Positions 1-8,498 of a stretch of DNA of 64,000 bases are shown in pieces (the first letter of the stretch is position 1; each line of letters begins with the position of its first letter). Location of the stretch: positions 1,920,001 through 1,984,000 of the forward strand of contig OZ252244.1 in assembly GCA_965249575.1 (NCBI GenBank). Reading direction: 5' to 3'. The notes under the pieces were generated by a model. That model was not told where the DNA came from. It made no database searches and saw only the letters and a list, made by a program, of their open reading frames with translations. The DNA comes from Gemmatimonadales bacterium (GTDB lineage Bacteria > Gemmatimonadota > Gemmatimonadetes > Gemmatimonadales > GWC2-71-9). The position numbers and the translations under genes were made by a program.

Positions 1-10
1 GCTGAGCTGG

Positions 11-1177
11 GTGGGTAGGCGCGGTGCGGCGGTTGTCGTGCTCGACTATTCGTTCCGCCCGGGCCGCTACATCTTCGATGTCCGGGGCGAAGTCCGGGGA
101 GTTGGTAGCGAGGGTGGCCTCATACTCGTGGGACTCGGGCCCGGGTTCCGGCTCATCGAAGCCGACTCAGCGAGCGACTTCCGCTCCTACGGCCTGGTCA
201 CCAAGGCGCGATCCACCGAGAACACCTCGTTCAGCTCCCTCGATCCAGCCGAGAGAAACGAGCTATCGGGGCCGTTCGAGTGGGTGGCCCTCAAGACGAA
301 GTACTTCCTGGCGGCGCTCCTCACGATCGAGGAGGGGAATCCACGATTCGGTGGTGCGGTAGCAGTTGGCGGCGCCCGGTCGGCGAAGAACGCGACACGA
401 CTGCACGCCGCGGCATCGCTTGCTGCTCCCGGCGGCTTCTTCGCCTATTCGGCCTACGTGGGACCCCAGGAGTTCCGCCGCCTGGCGGCGATAGGACACG
501 ATTTCTCGGACATCAACCCATACGGATGGGTCTTTCGGCCGATTATCCAGCCCTTCGCGGCACTCATCGTTCGCATCCTACTCTGGATGCACGAGACGCT
601 CAGCCTCGCGTACGGCTGGGTCTTGGTGTTGTTCGGCATCATGGTCCGCATCCTACTCTGGCCGCTGAACCAAAAAGCGATGCGGTCTAGTATCGCCATG
701 CAGGCGATCCAGCCCGAGATCAAGGCGATTCAGGAGAAGTTCAAGAAGGACCCGCAGAAGCTCCAACAAGAAACGCTCAAGCTCTACAAAGAACACGGCG
801 TCAACCCACTCGGCGGCTGCCTCCCGCTCCTCATCCCGATGCCAGTACTGTTTGCCCTGTTCTTCGTCTTCGCCAATACGATCGAGTTTCGCGGCGTGCC
901 GTTCCTCTGGCTGCCCGATCTATCCCGCGCCGATCCACTGTACATCATACCGCTCGTAATGGGCGTGTCGATGTTCGGCTTGTCGAAGGTCGGGCAGATC
1001 GGGGTGCCTCCGAATCCCCAAACGAAGATGATGCTGTACTTCATGCCGATCATGTTCACCGTACTCTTCGTGAACTTCGCTTCGGGTTTGAACCTCTATT
1101 ACGCTGTGAGCAACATCGCCAGCATTCCACAGCAATGGCTGGTGGCCCAGCAGCGCTTGAAGCGACTCCGCGCCTAG
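11..1177 (+). CDS. yidC: Membrane protein insertase YidC (5' part lies outside the window)
   Basis: WVALKTKYF periplasmic motif, YGW...IVRILLWPL, NPLGGCLPLLI, WLPDLS.ADP and GLNLYY segments; directly upstream of mnmE. Confidence 0.97.
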   Translation: MGRRGAAVVVLDYSFRPGRYIFDVRGEVRGVGSEGGLILVGLGPGFRLIEADSASDFRSYGLVTKARSTENTSFSSLDPAERNELSGPFEWVALKTKYFLAALLTIEEGNPRFGGAVAVGGARSAKNATRLHAAASLAAPGGFFAYSAYVGPQEFRRLAAIGHDFSDINPYGWVFRPIIQPFAALIVRILLWMHETLSLAYGWVLVLFGIMVRILLWPLNQKAMRSSIAMQAIQPEIKAIQEKFKKDPQKLQQETLKLYKEHGVNPLGGCLPLLIPMPVLFALFFVFANTIEFRGVPFLWLPDLSRADPLYIIPLVMGVSMFGLSKVGQIGVPPNPQTKMMLYFMPIMFTVLFVNFASGLNLYYAVSNIASIPQQWLVAQQRLKRLRA

Positions 1178-1274
1178 GACGCGCGGGGTGGGTTGAGGGG
1201 CGGGGGCTGCTTTGTCCTGCCCCGGGGTTCCTCACGGCAATCTCCAAGAAGGTGAGCCTCGTCCCGGCACCTCC

Positions 1275-2633
1275 ATGCTATCCGACGCCATAGCAGCGAT
1301 CGCGACTCCGCCGGGCCGGTCGGCAGTGGCTCTAATTCGACTCTCGGGGCGGGGAGCCCACCAGATCGCGGCGACCGTCCTCACGTCGTTCAAGGTCGAG
1401 CCAACGCAACGAGCACGCCGGACCCACGCCGTCGATCCCGAGACGAAAGACGTGCTCGACGACGTGCTCTACGTCGCCTACAAGCGCCCACGGTCATATA
1501 CGGGGGAGGATCTAGTCGAGATCTCAACGCACGGAGGGCTTCTGGCAGCGCCAGAGGTGTTGGGTGCGCTGCTTGCGGCAGGCGCCCGGCCATCGGAGCC
1601 GGGCGAGTTCACCCGCCGCGCTCTGGCGCATGGCAAGATCGACCTCCTGCAGGCGGAGGCCGTCGCGGATCTCGTAGACGCAACAGCACCGGCTCAACGC
1701 CGAGCCGCTTTGAGCCAGCTCGACCGAGGGCTGTCAGATAGAATCTCCAGTTTGAAGCAGCAGGTATTGGATCTGGAAGCGCTGGTATGCTACGAGATCG
1801 ATTTTCCCGAGGAGGACGCCGGTCCCGTTTCGCCGGAGCGGATCTCCGCGGCGCTGGTTGCCCTCGAGGACCTGCTCGGCAGGCTGGCGGCCACGGCGGG
1901 CGAAGGCGAGCGATTACGGGAGGGGGCGCTCGCAGTTATCGCGGGCCGGCCGAATGCCGGGAAGTCGTCCCTGTTCAATGCCCTGCTCGGATCGGAGCGG
2001 GCAATCGTCACCGAAATCCCGGGGACTACGAGAGACGCCATAGAAGCCCCGGCCACTTGTGGTGGATTCCCGTTTCGTCTCATCGACACGGCCGGGATAC
2101 GAGAGGAGCAAGCCGATTTGGTCGAGCAATTGGGAATCGAGGTGAGCCGGCGGTACGTATCGGCGGCCGACGTCGTCATTCTATGCGTCGAAGCCGGCAC
2201 AGCCGTCGCGGGCGAAGAAGAGGAATTCCGGAAGGCTCTCGAGGCACCAAGCCTGACGGTTCGTACGAAAGCGGATCTCTTGAGTGCAGCGGCGCCTCCG
2301 TTGGGCGGGCCAAAGGATCAGGTCGTCGTGTCCGCGAAGGACGGCCGGGGTCTGGGGGAGCTACGAGCGGCGCTAGCTGCGTTTGCGTTTTCGAGCCTCT
2401 CCGCACGTGGCAACGTGGAACCTGTGATCACTCGGGCTCGCCACAGGCGAGCGATCGGCGAAGCGCTGCGCGAGGTGGAGTTATTTCGTGAGTCGAGGGC
2501 GGCTGGGGTCGAAACCGCGGTAGCTGCCGCTCACCTGCGGGCGGCCGTCAGCGCTCTGGAGGATGTGATAGGGCTCGTAACGAGCGACGACGTGCTCGAT
2601 CGGGTGTTCTCGACGTTTTGCATCGGGAAGTAG
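1275..2633 (+). CDS. mnmE: tRNA modification GTPase MnmE (TrmE)
   Basis: DAIAAIATPPG, SYTGED.VEI.THGG, GRPNAGKSS, GTTRD, DTAG and C-terminal FCIGK; ATG at 1275 preferred over the ORF-track start at 1212. Confidence 0.97.
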   Translation: MLSDAIAAIATPPGRSAVALIRLSGRGAHQIAATVLTSFKVEPTQRARRTHAVDPETKDVLDDVLYVAYKRPRSYTGEDLVEISTHGGLLAAPEVLGALLAAGARPSEPGEFTRRALAHGKIDLLQAEAVADLVDATAPAQRRAALSQLDRGLSDRISSLKQQVLDLEALVCYEIDFPEEDAGPVSPERISAALVALEDLLGRLAATAGEGERLREGALAVIAGRPNAGKSSLFNALLGSERAIVTEIPGTTRDAIEAPATCGGFPFRLIDTAGIREEQADLVEQLGIEVSRRYVSAADVVILCVEAGTAVAGEEEEFRKALEAPSLTVRTKADLLSAAAPPLGGPKDQVVVSAKDGRGLGELRAALAAFAFSSLSARGNVEPVITRARHRRAIGEALREVELFRESRAAGVETAVAAAHLRAAVSALEDVIGLVTSDDVLDRVFSTFCIGK

Positions 2634-2648
2634 CCGCCGGGGCGGCTA
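2631..2648. terminator. GC-rich hairpin between convergent genes
   Basis: TAGCCGCC-GG-GGCGGCTA perfect inverted repeat at the mnmE stop; no U-tract. Confidence 0.4.
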
Positions 2649-2657
2649 CCGACGGGC

Positions 2658-2873
2658 TCATTCGGGGGGAAGCTCCGACTCAATGGCGGTCATCCACAGC
2701 TCGTCGGTGAGCCACTCGAGTCGCTCCTGCGCGTAGTCCAACTGCTCCGGCGTCATCTCGGCTTTTCTTCTCGCGACGTCTCGAACGTAGTCCACCAACT
2801 CATCCACAGCCTCGCGGAGCGGGCGATTGCGCCGGCGCTCGCCGAAGACACGCGACGACCGCCGACGGGTCAC
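2658..2873 (-). CDS. Small hypothetical helical protein (71 aa)
   Basis: 4-bp overlap with the upstream gene stop; amphipathic helical composition. Confidence 0.6.
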   Translation of the reverse strand: MTRRRSSRVFGERRRNRPLREAVDELVDYVRDVARRKAEMTPEQLDYAQERLEWLTDELWMTAIESELPPE

Positions 2874-3814
2874 GCTGTCTGCGCGCCCGTCACGCGGTCT
2901 TCAGCCGGCTGGAAGTCCGCTGGCGCCGCCCTCAGAGCCTGGGCGATGGACGATTCGGCGATCAAGGCCTCGACCATACGGTGTCCGATGTAATAGCCCG
3001 AGCGCTCTGGGATCACCTTCCCCGAGACCATGCGGGTATTCGGGCTCATGCCCCCGGACAGGTATCGCAGGCGGTATCCCAGCCCGGTTTGCTCCAGCTC
3101 CGGAGCGATAGCCCTCGCCAGAAACGCGTCGAGTTCGCGCATCCGCCTGTACTGGCGCCTGCGGTACCCCAGATAGAACCAAGGCTCGAATCCCGGTGCG
3201 GCTGACCGGGAGGCGGCGACCGCCAGCCCCTCGTTGATCAGCAACTCGCGTAGGCTGACCTGGCTCCCGCTGTCCCAGTAATCGTAATTGCCCCCCGTAT
3301 CGGCAACGGCGCGGGCGAGTTCGCTCCGGCTGGCCGGAGACGTATAGCGCACGGTGTGCGCCACCTCATGAGAGATCCAAATCGGCAGTAGATCCGGCGA
3401 CAAGCCCAAGCCGTACGTTTCGGGGTTGGGGCGCCCCGTGAAATGCTCGAGGCACACGAAAGCGATGCCCCGACCGTTGACCACCAGTTCTCCGGCATTG
3501 GCGCCGCCCACCCCAACGGTGAGATAGACATCCACCGGCTGATCGACTTCGAAGATGTCATGACATCGCGACAGCGTATCTTCGGCGATCCGGGCCACGT
3601 CGACCCGGGCTAGCAAGGCGTGTAGGTCCTTCCGGTCAGCCGACAGCGCGCGCCGAATCACGTCTTGTGCGTGGGGGCTGTCCAGGTCTAGGACGTAATT
3701 GTGCCAGTAGGCGTTGAGAAAAGCGCGGTGGCGAGAGAGGTAGTGGTGGTACGCGTCCAGCGGGTCGCGTGCCGATAACACGGCCAGAAACTCAGGGACG
3801 AGGTCGATGAGCAT
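2870..3814 (-). CDS. DUF2268-like putative Zn-dependent protease
   Basis: HEVAH zincin motif, downstream INEGLA glutamate and C-terminal GYYIG. Confidence 0.7.
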   Translation of the reverse strand: MLIDLVPEFLAVLSARDPLDAYHHYLSRHRAFLNAYWHNYVLDLDSPHAQDVIRRALSADRKDLHALLARVDVARIAEDTLSRCHDIFEVDQPVDVYLTVGVGGANAGELVVNGRGIAFVCLEHFTGRPNPETYGLGLSPDLLPIWISHEVAHTVRYTSPASRSELARAVADTGGNYDYWDSGSQVSLRELLINEGLAVAASRSAAPGFEPWFYLGYRRRQYRRMRELDAFLARAIAPELEQTGLGYRLRYLSGGMSPNTRMVSGKVIPERSGYYIGHRMVEALIAESSIAQALRAAPADFQPAEDRVTGAQTA

Positions 3815-3937
3815 GTACCGCGCACAATTTGACGTGTACCTCCCAGGCTGACAACCCCTCGAGAGTCGTAGGGAGCCAAAGGGAAGGCAATCGAGGTGCG
3901 CAAGAAGCGAACTAGACGCCGACCTGGTGCGGCGAAG

Positions 3938-4425
3938 CTACTTCATCACTTCGCGCAGTGTCTCGGCGTCGTTGGGTGAGAATCCAAAGAAGGTCACGTC
4001 GTCCAAGGTCTCCCCATCTGGCGACGAAACAATGACATCGCGCATGACCTCGGCGGCACGGCGGAGATCGAACCCTCCGATACCCGACCCCAGCACGGGG
4101 AAGGCGATACGTGCGACGCCATTACGCGCGGCCAGTTTGAGGCTTGCCGAGGTTGCTTCTTGAATTGAACGCTCGGAAACCGGCTCGTCTCCCATGGCGG
4201 CTGCGTGAATTACCCAGCGAGCGGGGAGCTCACCCCCACCGGTTATTGCGGCCTCCCCGACCCGGATCGAGCCGTGTCGGTCGCATTCTTCTTGTTGGTT
4301 GATCCGCCCTGAAGCCGAATGGCTCCAGCCACGCCGGCGCCGAGTTTCAGCTGGTTGTTCGCGGCGTTGACGATCGCGTCTCCATCGAAGGAGGTGATGT
4401 CTCCCGGTAGTACGGAGATGTGCAC
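3938..4425 (-). CDS. Macro domain (ADP-ribose binding/hydrolase) protein, frameshifted near 4296
   Basis: [12 protein letters not shown] and GAGVAGAI in one frame; VIHAAAMG and [11 protein letters not shown] in another; restoring one base gives ..[10 protein letters not shown].. Confidence 0.85.
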
Positions 4426-4435
4426 CGGTCTGAGG

Positions 4436-5269
4436 CTATTCCGTGCGCCACTGGCGGCTCATGTCATCCAAGAACCGCCTTTCCTCGGGTGTGAGGCTCT
4501 CCAGGCCGCTCTCTGAAATCTTGTCGAGGACCCGGTCGATTTCCTTGTGAATGGATTCCTTGCGTCCCGATTCCTGCGCGGGCGCCTCGACGCTCGGCTC
4601 GGCTTGCTCCGCGGACGGGTGCACGAGCACGTGTGAGTCCGGCCCCTCGTCCATCACCGCTGTCACCCGACGACTCACGTAGCTCTCAGCGCGCAGGTAG
4701 ATGTAACCGAAGAGAACTCCACCGAGATGGGCCAGCTGCACCACCCCACCCCCCGCCCCGGCGACCGCAACTGCAAGGGCGGCGGCGGACAGGCCGAAAA
4801 CGAGCCACTTCAACTTGATTGGGACCGTGAGCGGGAACAAAAATACCTGGTCTTCGGGTCGGTCCCAAGCGGAGGCAAGCGAGACGCCGAGCACGGCGCC
4901 GGTCGCCCCGATAAACGGGCTGATATCGGTTAGCAGTATCAGCGCGAAACACAGCGTCGTGCCCCCCAACGCGCAGAGAAAGTAGTAGCGCAGGAATGAC
5001 ACGGCCCCCATCCGCCTCTCGACTCGCGGCCCGAGGAAGAACAGCATGAGCAGCCCGGCTGCCAGATGGAAGAATCCCTGGTGGAGGAACATGTAAGACA
5101 GGAAGGTCCACGGTTGCCGGCTCGCGGCGAGCGGCCTGAATCCGCCCGTCTCGATCAGCCAAGGTCCGGTGAACACGGTGATCGCAAGCGCGTAGAGCAC
5201 CGCGTTTGTGACCAGGATGCGCCGAACCCAAGGGGTTAGGGAGAGAGGAGTCCGCTGGGGCTGATCCAT
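4436..5269 (-). CDS. Rhomboid-family intramembrane protein with C-terminal DUF6576-like tail; catalytic Ser replaced by Thr
   Basis: [15 protein letters not shown] (normally GASG), AHLGG and [18 protein letters not shown]. Confidence 0.85.
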   Translation of the reverse strand: MDQPQRTPLSLTPWVRRILVTNAVLYALAITVFTGPWLIETGGFRPLAASRQPWTFLSYMFLHQGFFHLAAGLLMLFFLGPRVERRMGAVSFLRYYFLCALGGTTLCFALILLTDISPFIGATGAVLGVSLASAWDRPEDQVFLFPLTVPIKLKWLVFGLSAAALAVAVAGAGGGVVQLAHLGGVLFGYIYLRAESYVSRRVTAVMDEGPDSHVLVHPSAEQAEPSVEAPAQESGRKESIHKEIDRVLDKISESGLESLTPEERRFLDDMSRQWRTE

Positions 5270-5273
5270 ATCG

Positions 5274-6314
5274 TCATGTACTCACTGATGCCCCGACTTT
5301 GTTCCGATGGGGGGTGCGCCGCATCGCCAGGTCGCACAGCGTCTCACAGAGGCTGTCGAAGTCGATTCCCACGCCTGCCGCGGATTGGGGGAAAAGGCTC
5401 GTCGCCGTAAGTCCCGGCAGGGTGTTGGCTTCTAGGCAGTGCGGCGTGCCATCTAGACTCACTTTGAAGTCCACCCTCGAGAAGTCGCGGAGCTTGAGGG
5501 CCTGATGAGTTGCAATCGCCAGATTCTGGAGCCGCGCTGCAAGCGAGGGATCGATTTGTGCCGGGAATATCTCCTCGCTGAGCCCGGGCGTGTACTTGCA
5601 CTCATAGTCGAAGATCTCGTGGCTCGGGATGATCTCGCCCACCGCGAGTGCTCTGTTGTCCAACACGCCCACTGTATACTCCCGGCCCTCGACGAATCGC
5701 TCGAGCAGAACCTGGTGGTCGTACCGGAGAGCGGCTTGAACGGCGGCTTCGAGATCGTCGAGACGTTTTATGACAGTCAACCCGACGGTTGAGCCCACGC
5801 GCGATGGTTTCACGACAAGCGGAAGGCCCAGCGCTTGGATGCATTCGGAGCTGGCAGGCCACATCTCCCACTCTGCGGTGGGGATGTCGGCCCACCGACA
5901 CAGACGCTTCGCGATGTCCTTGTCCATCGCGAGCCCGCTGCCGAGCGAGTCGCTCCCCGTGTACGTGCGGCCGCCCAAATCGAGGAGGTTCTGCATGGCG
6001 CCCCCCTCGCCCTGCTCGCCGTGCAGCACCAAGAAGATTAGGTCCGCGGCGCGCACGTCCGGAAGGGCCAACAACGAGGCACCCAGATCGGTCTCTCGCA
6101 GGGTCGCCAGCTGCTCAGGGGTGGGAGGAGCTCTGCCCACCGAGTCGACGAGATAGCGGCGCTCCCCGGCCGCGGACAGCACGCCGCTCGCGGTATCGAC
6201 GACAGTGACAGAATGTCCCCGCCCGCGAAGCGCGGACACAACCAGTTTCGCGCCAGCGAAGGCCACGTCTCGCTCTGCGTTGGAGCCCCCGGTAAGGACG
6301 ACGATGCGGCTCAT
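5274..6314 (-). CDS. ddl: D-alanine--D-alanine ligase
   Basis: GGSNAERDV, LHGEQGEGG, MDKD, VVKP..VGST.G, DYECKY and EANTLPG; ATG at 6314 overlaps the queD stop. Confidence 0.93.
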   Translation of the reverse strand: MSRIVVLTGGSNAERDVAFAGAKLVVSALRGRGHSVTVVDTASGVLSAAGERRYLVDSVGRAPPTPEQLATLRETDLGASLLALPDVRAADLIFLVLHGEQGEGGAMQNLLDLGGRTYTGSDSLGSGLAMDKDIAKRLCRWADIPTAEWEMWPASSECIQALGLPLVVKPSRVGSTVGLTVIKRLDDLEAAVQAALRYDHQVLLERFVEGREYTVGVLDNRALAVGEIIPSHEIFDYECKYTPGLSEEIFPAQIDPSLAARLQNLAIATHQALKLRDFSRVDFKVSLDGTPHCLEANTLPGLTATSLFPQSAAGVGIDFDSLCETLCDLAMRRTPHRNKVGASVST

Positions 6315-6715
6315 GCAGGACGGTACACGACGCGGTATTCTGGCATCTCCCAGAGCTCTACCTGCTCCATTCGGCCCGCCCGAGAAATCGCGCCGAGGCG
6401 CAGCGCGGCGCGGTCGCATACCAGCCGCGCTATTCGCTCGGCGGTGGGAGGTTGTTCCCGGAATTCGTCCAAGTCGTTCAGGTATCGATGCTCGAAGTCA
6501 GCGACGGTTTCGTTCGCGATCTCTTGGATCGCTCGGAAATCGATGCCCATCCCGGATTCATCCAGGCCCTTCTCTGGCACACGAACCGTCAGGCGAACAC
6601 GCCAGTTATGTCCGTGCACGCGATCACACATCTCGACGCCGGGCAGGGTGTGCGCAGCCGAGAACCTCGCCTCGGCGGACAAGAGATAGTATGGCGCCGA
6701 GTGCCCGCCGCTCAT
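6311..6715 (-). CDS. queD: 6-carboxy-5,6,7,8-tetrahydropterin synthase (QueD/PTPS family)
   Basis: FSAAH, C.RVHGHNW, H.YLND, TAE.IA and ELWE motifs. Confidence 0.88.
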   Translation of the reverse strand: MSGGHSAPYYLLSAEARFSAAHTLPGVEMCDRVHGHNWRVRLTVRVPEKGLDESGMGIDFRAIQEIANETVADFEHRYLNDLDEFREQPPTAERIARLVCDRAALRLGAISRAGRMEQVELWEMPEYRVVYRPA

Positions 6716-8100
6716 CGTATGCCGGCTATCTGGTGAAGAAGGTCGTAGCGCGTCACGATCCCCTTCAGCTCCCCATTTCGCCGAACCAATACCGCCGGTG
6801 TCTCCCGAGAAAGCAGCGCGGTCAGTCTGTCCAGTGGAAAGGCCTCGTCAATGACGGGATAGGGTGCTTCCATCAAGTCGCGAACCGCTTGCTCCAGCAG
6901 GCTGGCGTCGGCAACGGTCTGTGCCATGAGCAAACCGTCCGAAACCGAGCCCACGCAATCGCCCCCCTGCACCACAGGCAACTGTGAAACATTGTACGTG
7001 CTCATGAGGTTGAGCGCTTGCCTCACGGTGCTGGTTGGCGCGATGGTGATCAGCTCGAGATCGGCATTGGGTTTGAGCGCGAGAATCGCTGACGCCGTCA
7101 CGCGCTCGTCTTCCAGCATTTGGTTTTCCCGCATCCAGTCGTCACTGAAGAATTTCGACAAGTACCGTTCACCGGTGTCACCAAGAATCGTTACGACGTA
7201 CGCTTGGGGATCGTCCAGTTCGGCGGCAACCTGAAGGGCGACGCATACGTTGAGGCCGCTGGATCCGCCAACGAAGAGACCTTCCTCACGTGTCAGGCGG
7301 CGCGCCATGCGGAATGCGTCCGCATCTGCGACGGTTCGGAACTCGTCGATCCAATCGAAATGGAGCGTGCTCGGGATCTTGTCACCGCCAATCCCCTCGA
7401 CCTTATAGGGGTGTCCCTTCTGGATCTGTCCGGTGGCCGCGTACTGGGCGAGAATCGAGCCCACCGGATCGCCGGCGATGACCCGAACCCCGGGGTTCTT
7501 CTCTTTCAAAAACCGTCCGGCGCCGCTGAGGGTCCCTCCGGTCCCCGCCGAGGCGACGAGATGCGTGATGCGGCCCTCGGACTGCTCCCAGAGCTCGGGC
7601 CCCGTCGTGCGGTAATGCGCTTCCGGGTTCACGTCATTGTAAAACTGGTTGGCGAGAATGGCGCCCGGCACCGCCGCGACGATCGCCTTCGCCTTCATGA
7701 CATAGTTGTCCGGGTGCTCGGGTGGTACCGCGGTAGGAGTTATGACGACTTCCGCGCCGAACGCCCTGAGAAGCCGGACTTTTTCCTGGGACATCTTGTC
7801 CGGCATCGTGAAGATGCAGCGATACCCTTTGAGCGCGGCAGCGATCGCGAGGCCTATACCAGTGTTGCCCGAGGTGCCCTCGACGATCACGCCGCCGGGC
7901 TTCAGATCCCCGCGCCGCTCGGCATCCTCGATGATCGCCAGGCCGATCCGGTCCTTTATCGATCCACCTGGGTTGAAGAACTCGGCCTTGCCATAGACCG
8001 GTGTCCTGATCTGTGAGGCGAGGCGCCCAAGCCGGATGAGCGGGGTCCACCCAATGGTCGCGAGGACCGACTCATACGCTCGGGTATGCGGGTCCGTCAT
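6712..8100 (-). CDS. Cystathionine beta-synthase / PLP cysteine synthase family with C-terminal CBS pair
   Basis: NPGGSIKDR (PLP Lys), TSGNTG, GTGGT, EGIG and D.GERYLSK plus tandem CBS domains. Confidence 0.9.
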   Translation of the reverse strand: MTDPHTRAYESVLATIGWTPLIRLGRLASQIRTPVYGKAEFFNPGGSIKDRIGLAIIEDAERRGDLKPGGVIVEGTSGNTGIGLAIAAALKGYRCIFTMPDKMSQEKVRLLRAFGAEVVITPTAVPPEHPDNYVMKAKAIVAAVPGAILANQFYNDVNPEAHYRTTGPELWEQSEGRITHLVASAGTGGTLSGAGRFLKEKNPGVRVIAGDPVGSILAQYAATGQIQKGHPYKVEGIGGDKIPSTLHFDWIDEFRTVADADAFRMARRLTREEGLFVGGSSGLNVCVALQVAAELDDPQAYVVTILGDTGERYLSKFFSDDWMRENQMLEDERVTASAILALKPNADLELITIAPTSTVRQALNLMSTYNVSQLPVVQGGDCVGSVSDGLLMAQTVADASLLEQAVRDLMEAPYPVIDEAFPLDRLTALLSRETPAVLVRRNGELKGIVTRYDLLHQIAGIR

Positions 8101-8498
8101 GGCGCTCCCTGCGTGGCCGCCTCCGGTGGCTGGAACACCACCGGCTGGAGGAAGGTCGTGGCAATCGGCGCGCCGTTCCGGCGGGCTGGTGCGAACTGCA
8201 TGTCCGGCACGTGTGCCATCGCAACGGAATCAAGAGTGGTCGACCCGCTGCCCTCAGCAACTCGGGTAGACTCGGGCACCACGACCCCCGCCGAGTCGAC
8301 GAACAGACGAAGAACCACCGTCCCGCCGACGTTTCGGCGGAACAGGGCTGGTGGGTAGCGCACCGGGGATTCCGCATTCGTGACGAGGGGGAGCTCGAAC
8401 GCGGGTGCCTCCTCCAACTCCATCTCGCCCGCGGTTTCGGAGGGGTCCCCGCACGCGATCAGGGACACGGTTGCGAGCCAAAGGAAACAACGCATCAC
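8097..8498 (-). CDS. TonB C-terminal domain protein with lipoprotein-like signal
   Basis: YPP....GGTVVLRLFVD..G, SG...LD..A and F.PA.RNG; LIAC lipobox. Confidence 0.75.
   Translation of the reverse strand: MMRCFLWLATVSLIACGDPSETAGEMELEEAPAFELPLVTNAESPVRYPPALFRRNVGGTVVLRLFVDSAGVVVPESTRVAEGSGSTTLDSVAMAHVPDMQFAPARRNGAPIATTFLQPVVFQPPEAATQGAP

Noticed and set aside
7120..8016. Long antisense or alternate-frame ORFs (also 21414-22442, 30710-31720, 41123-42124, 55680-56588)
   Set aside because: They overlap well-supported genes and have Arg/Pro/Ala-rich or mirror composition typical of shadow ORFs in high-GC DNA
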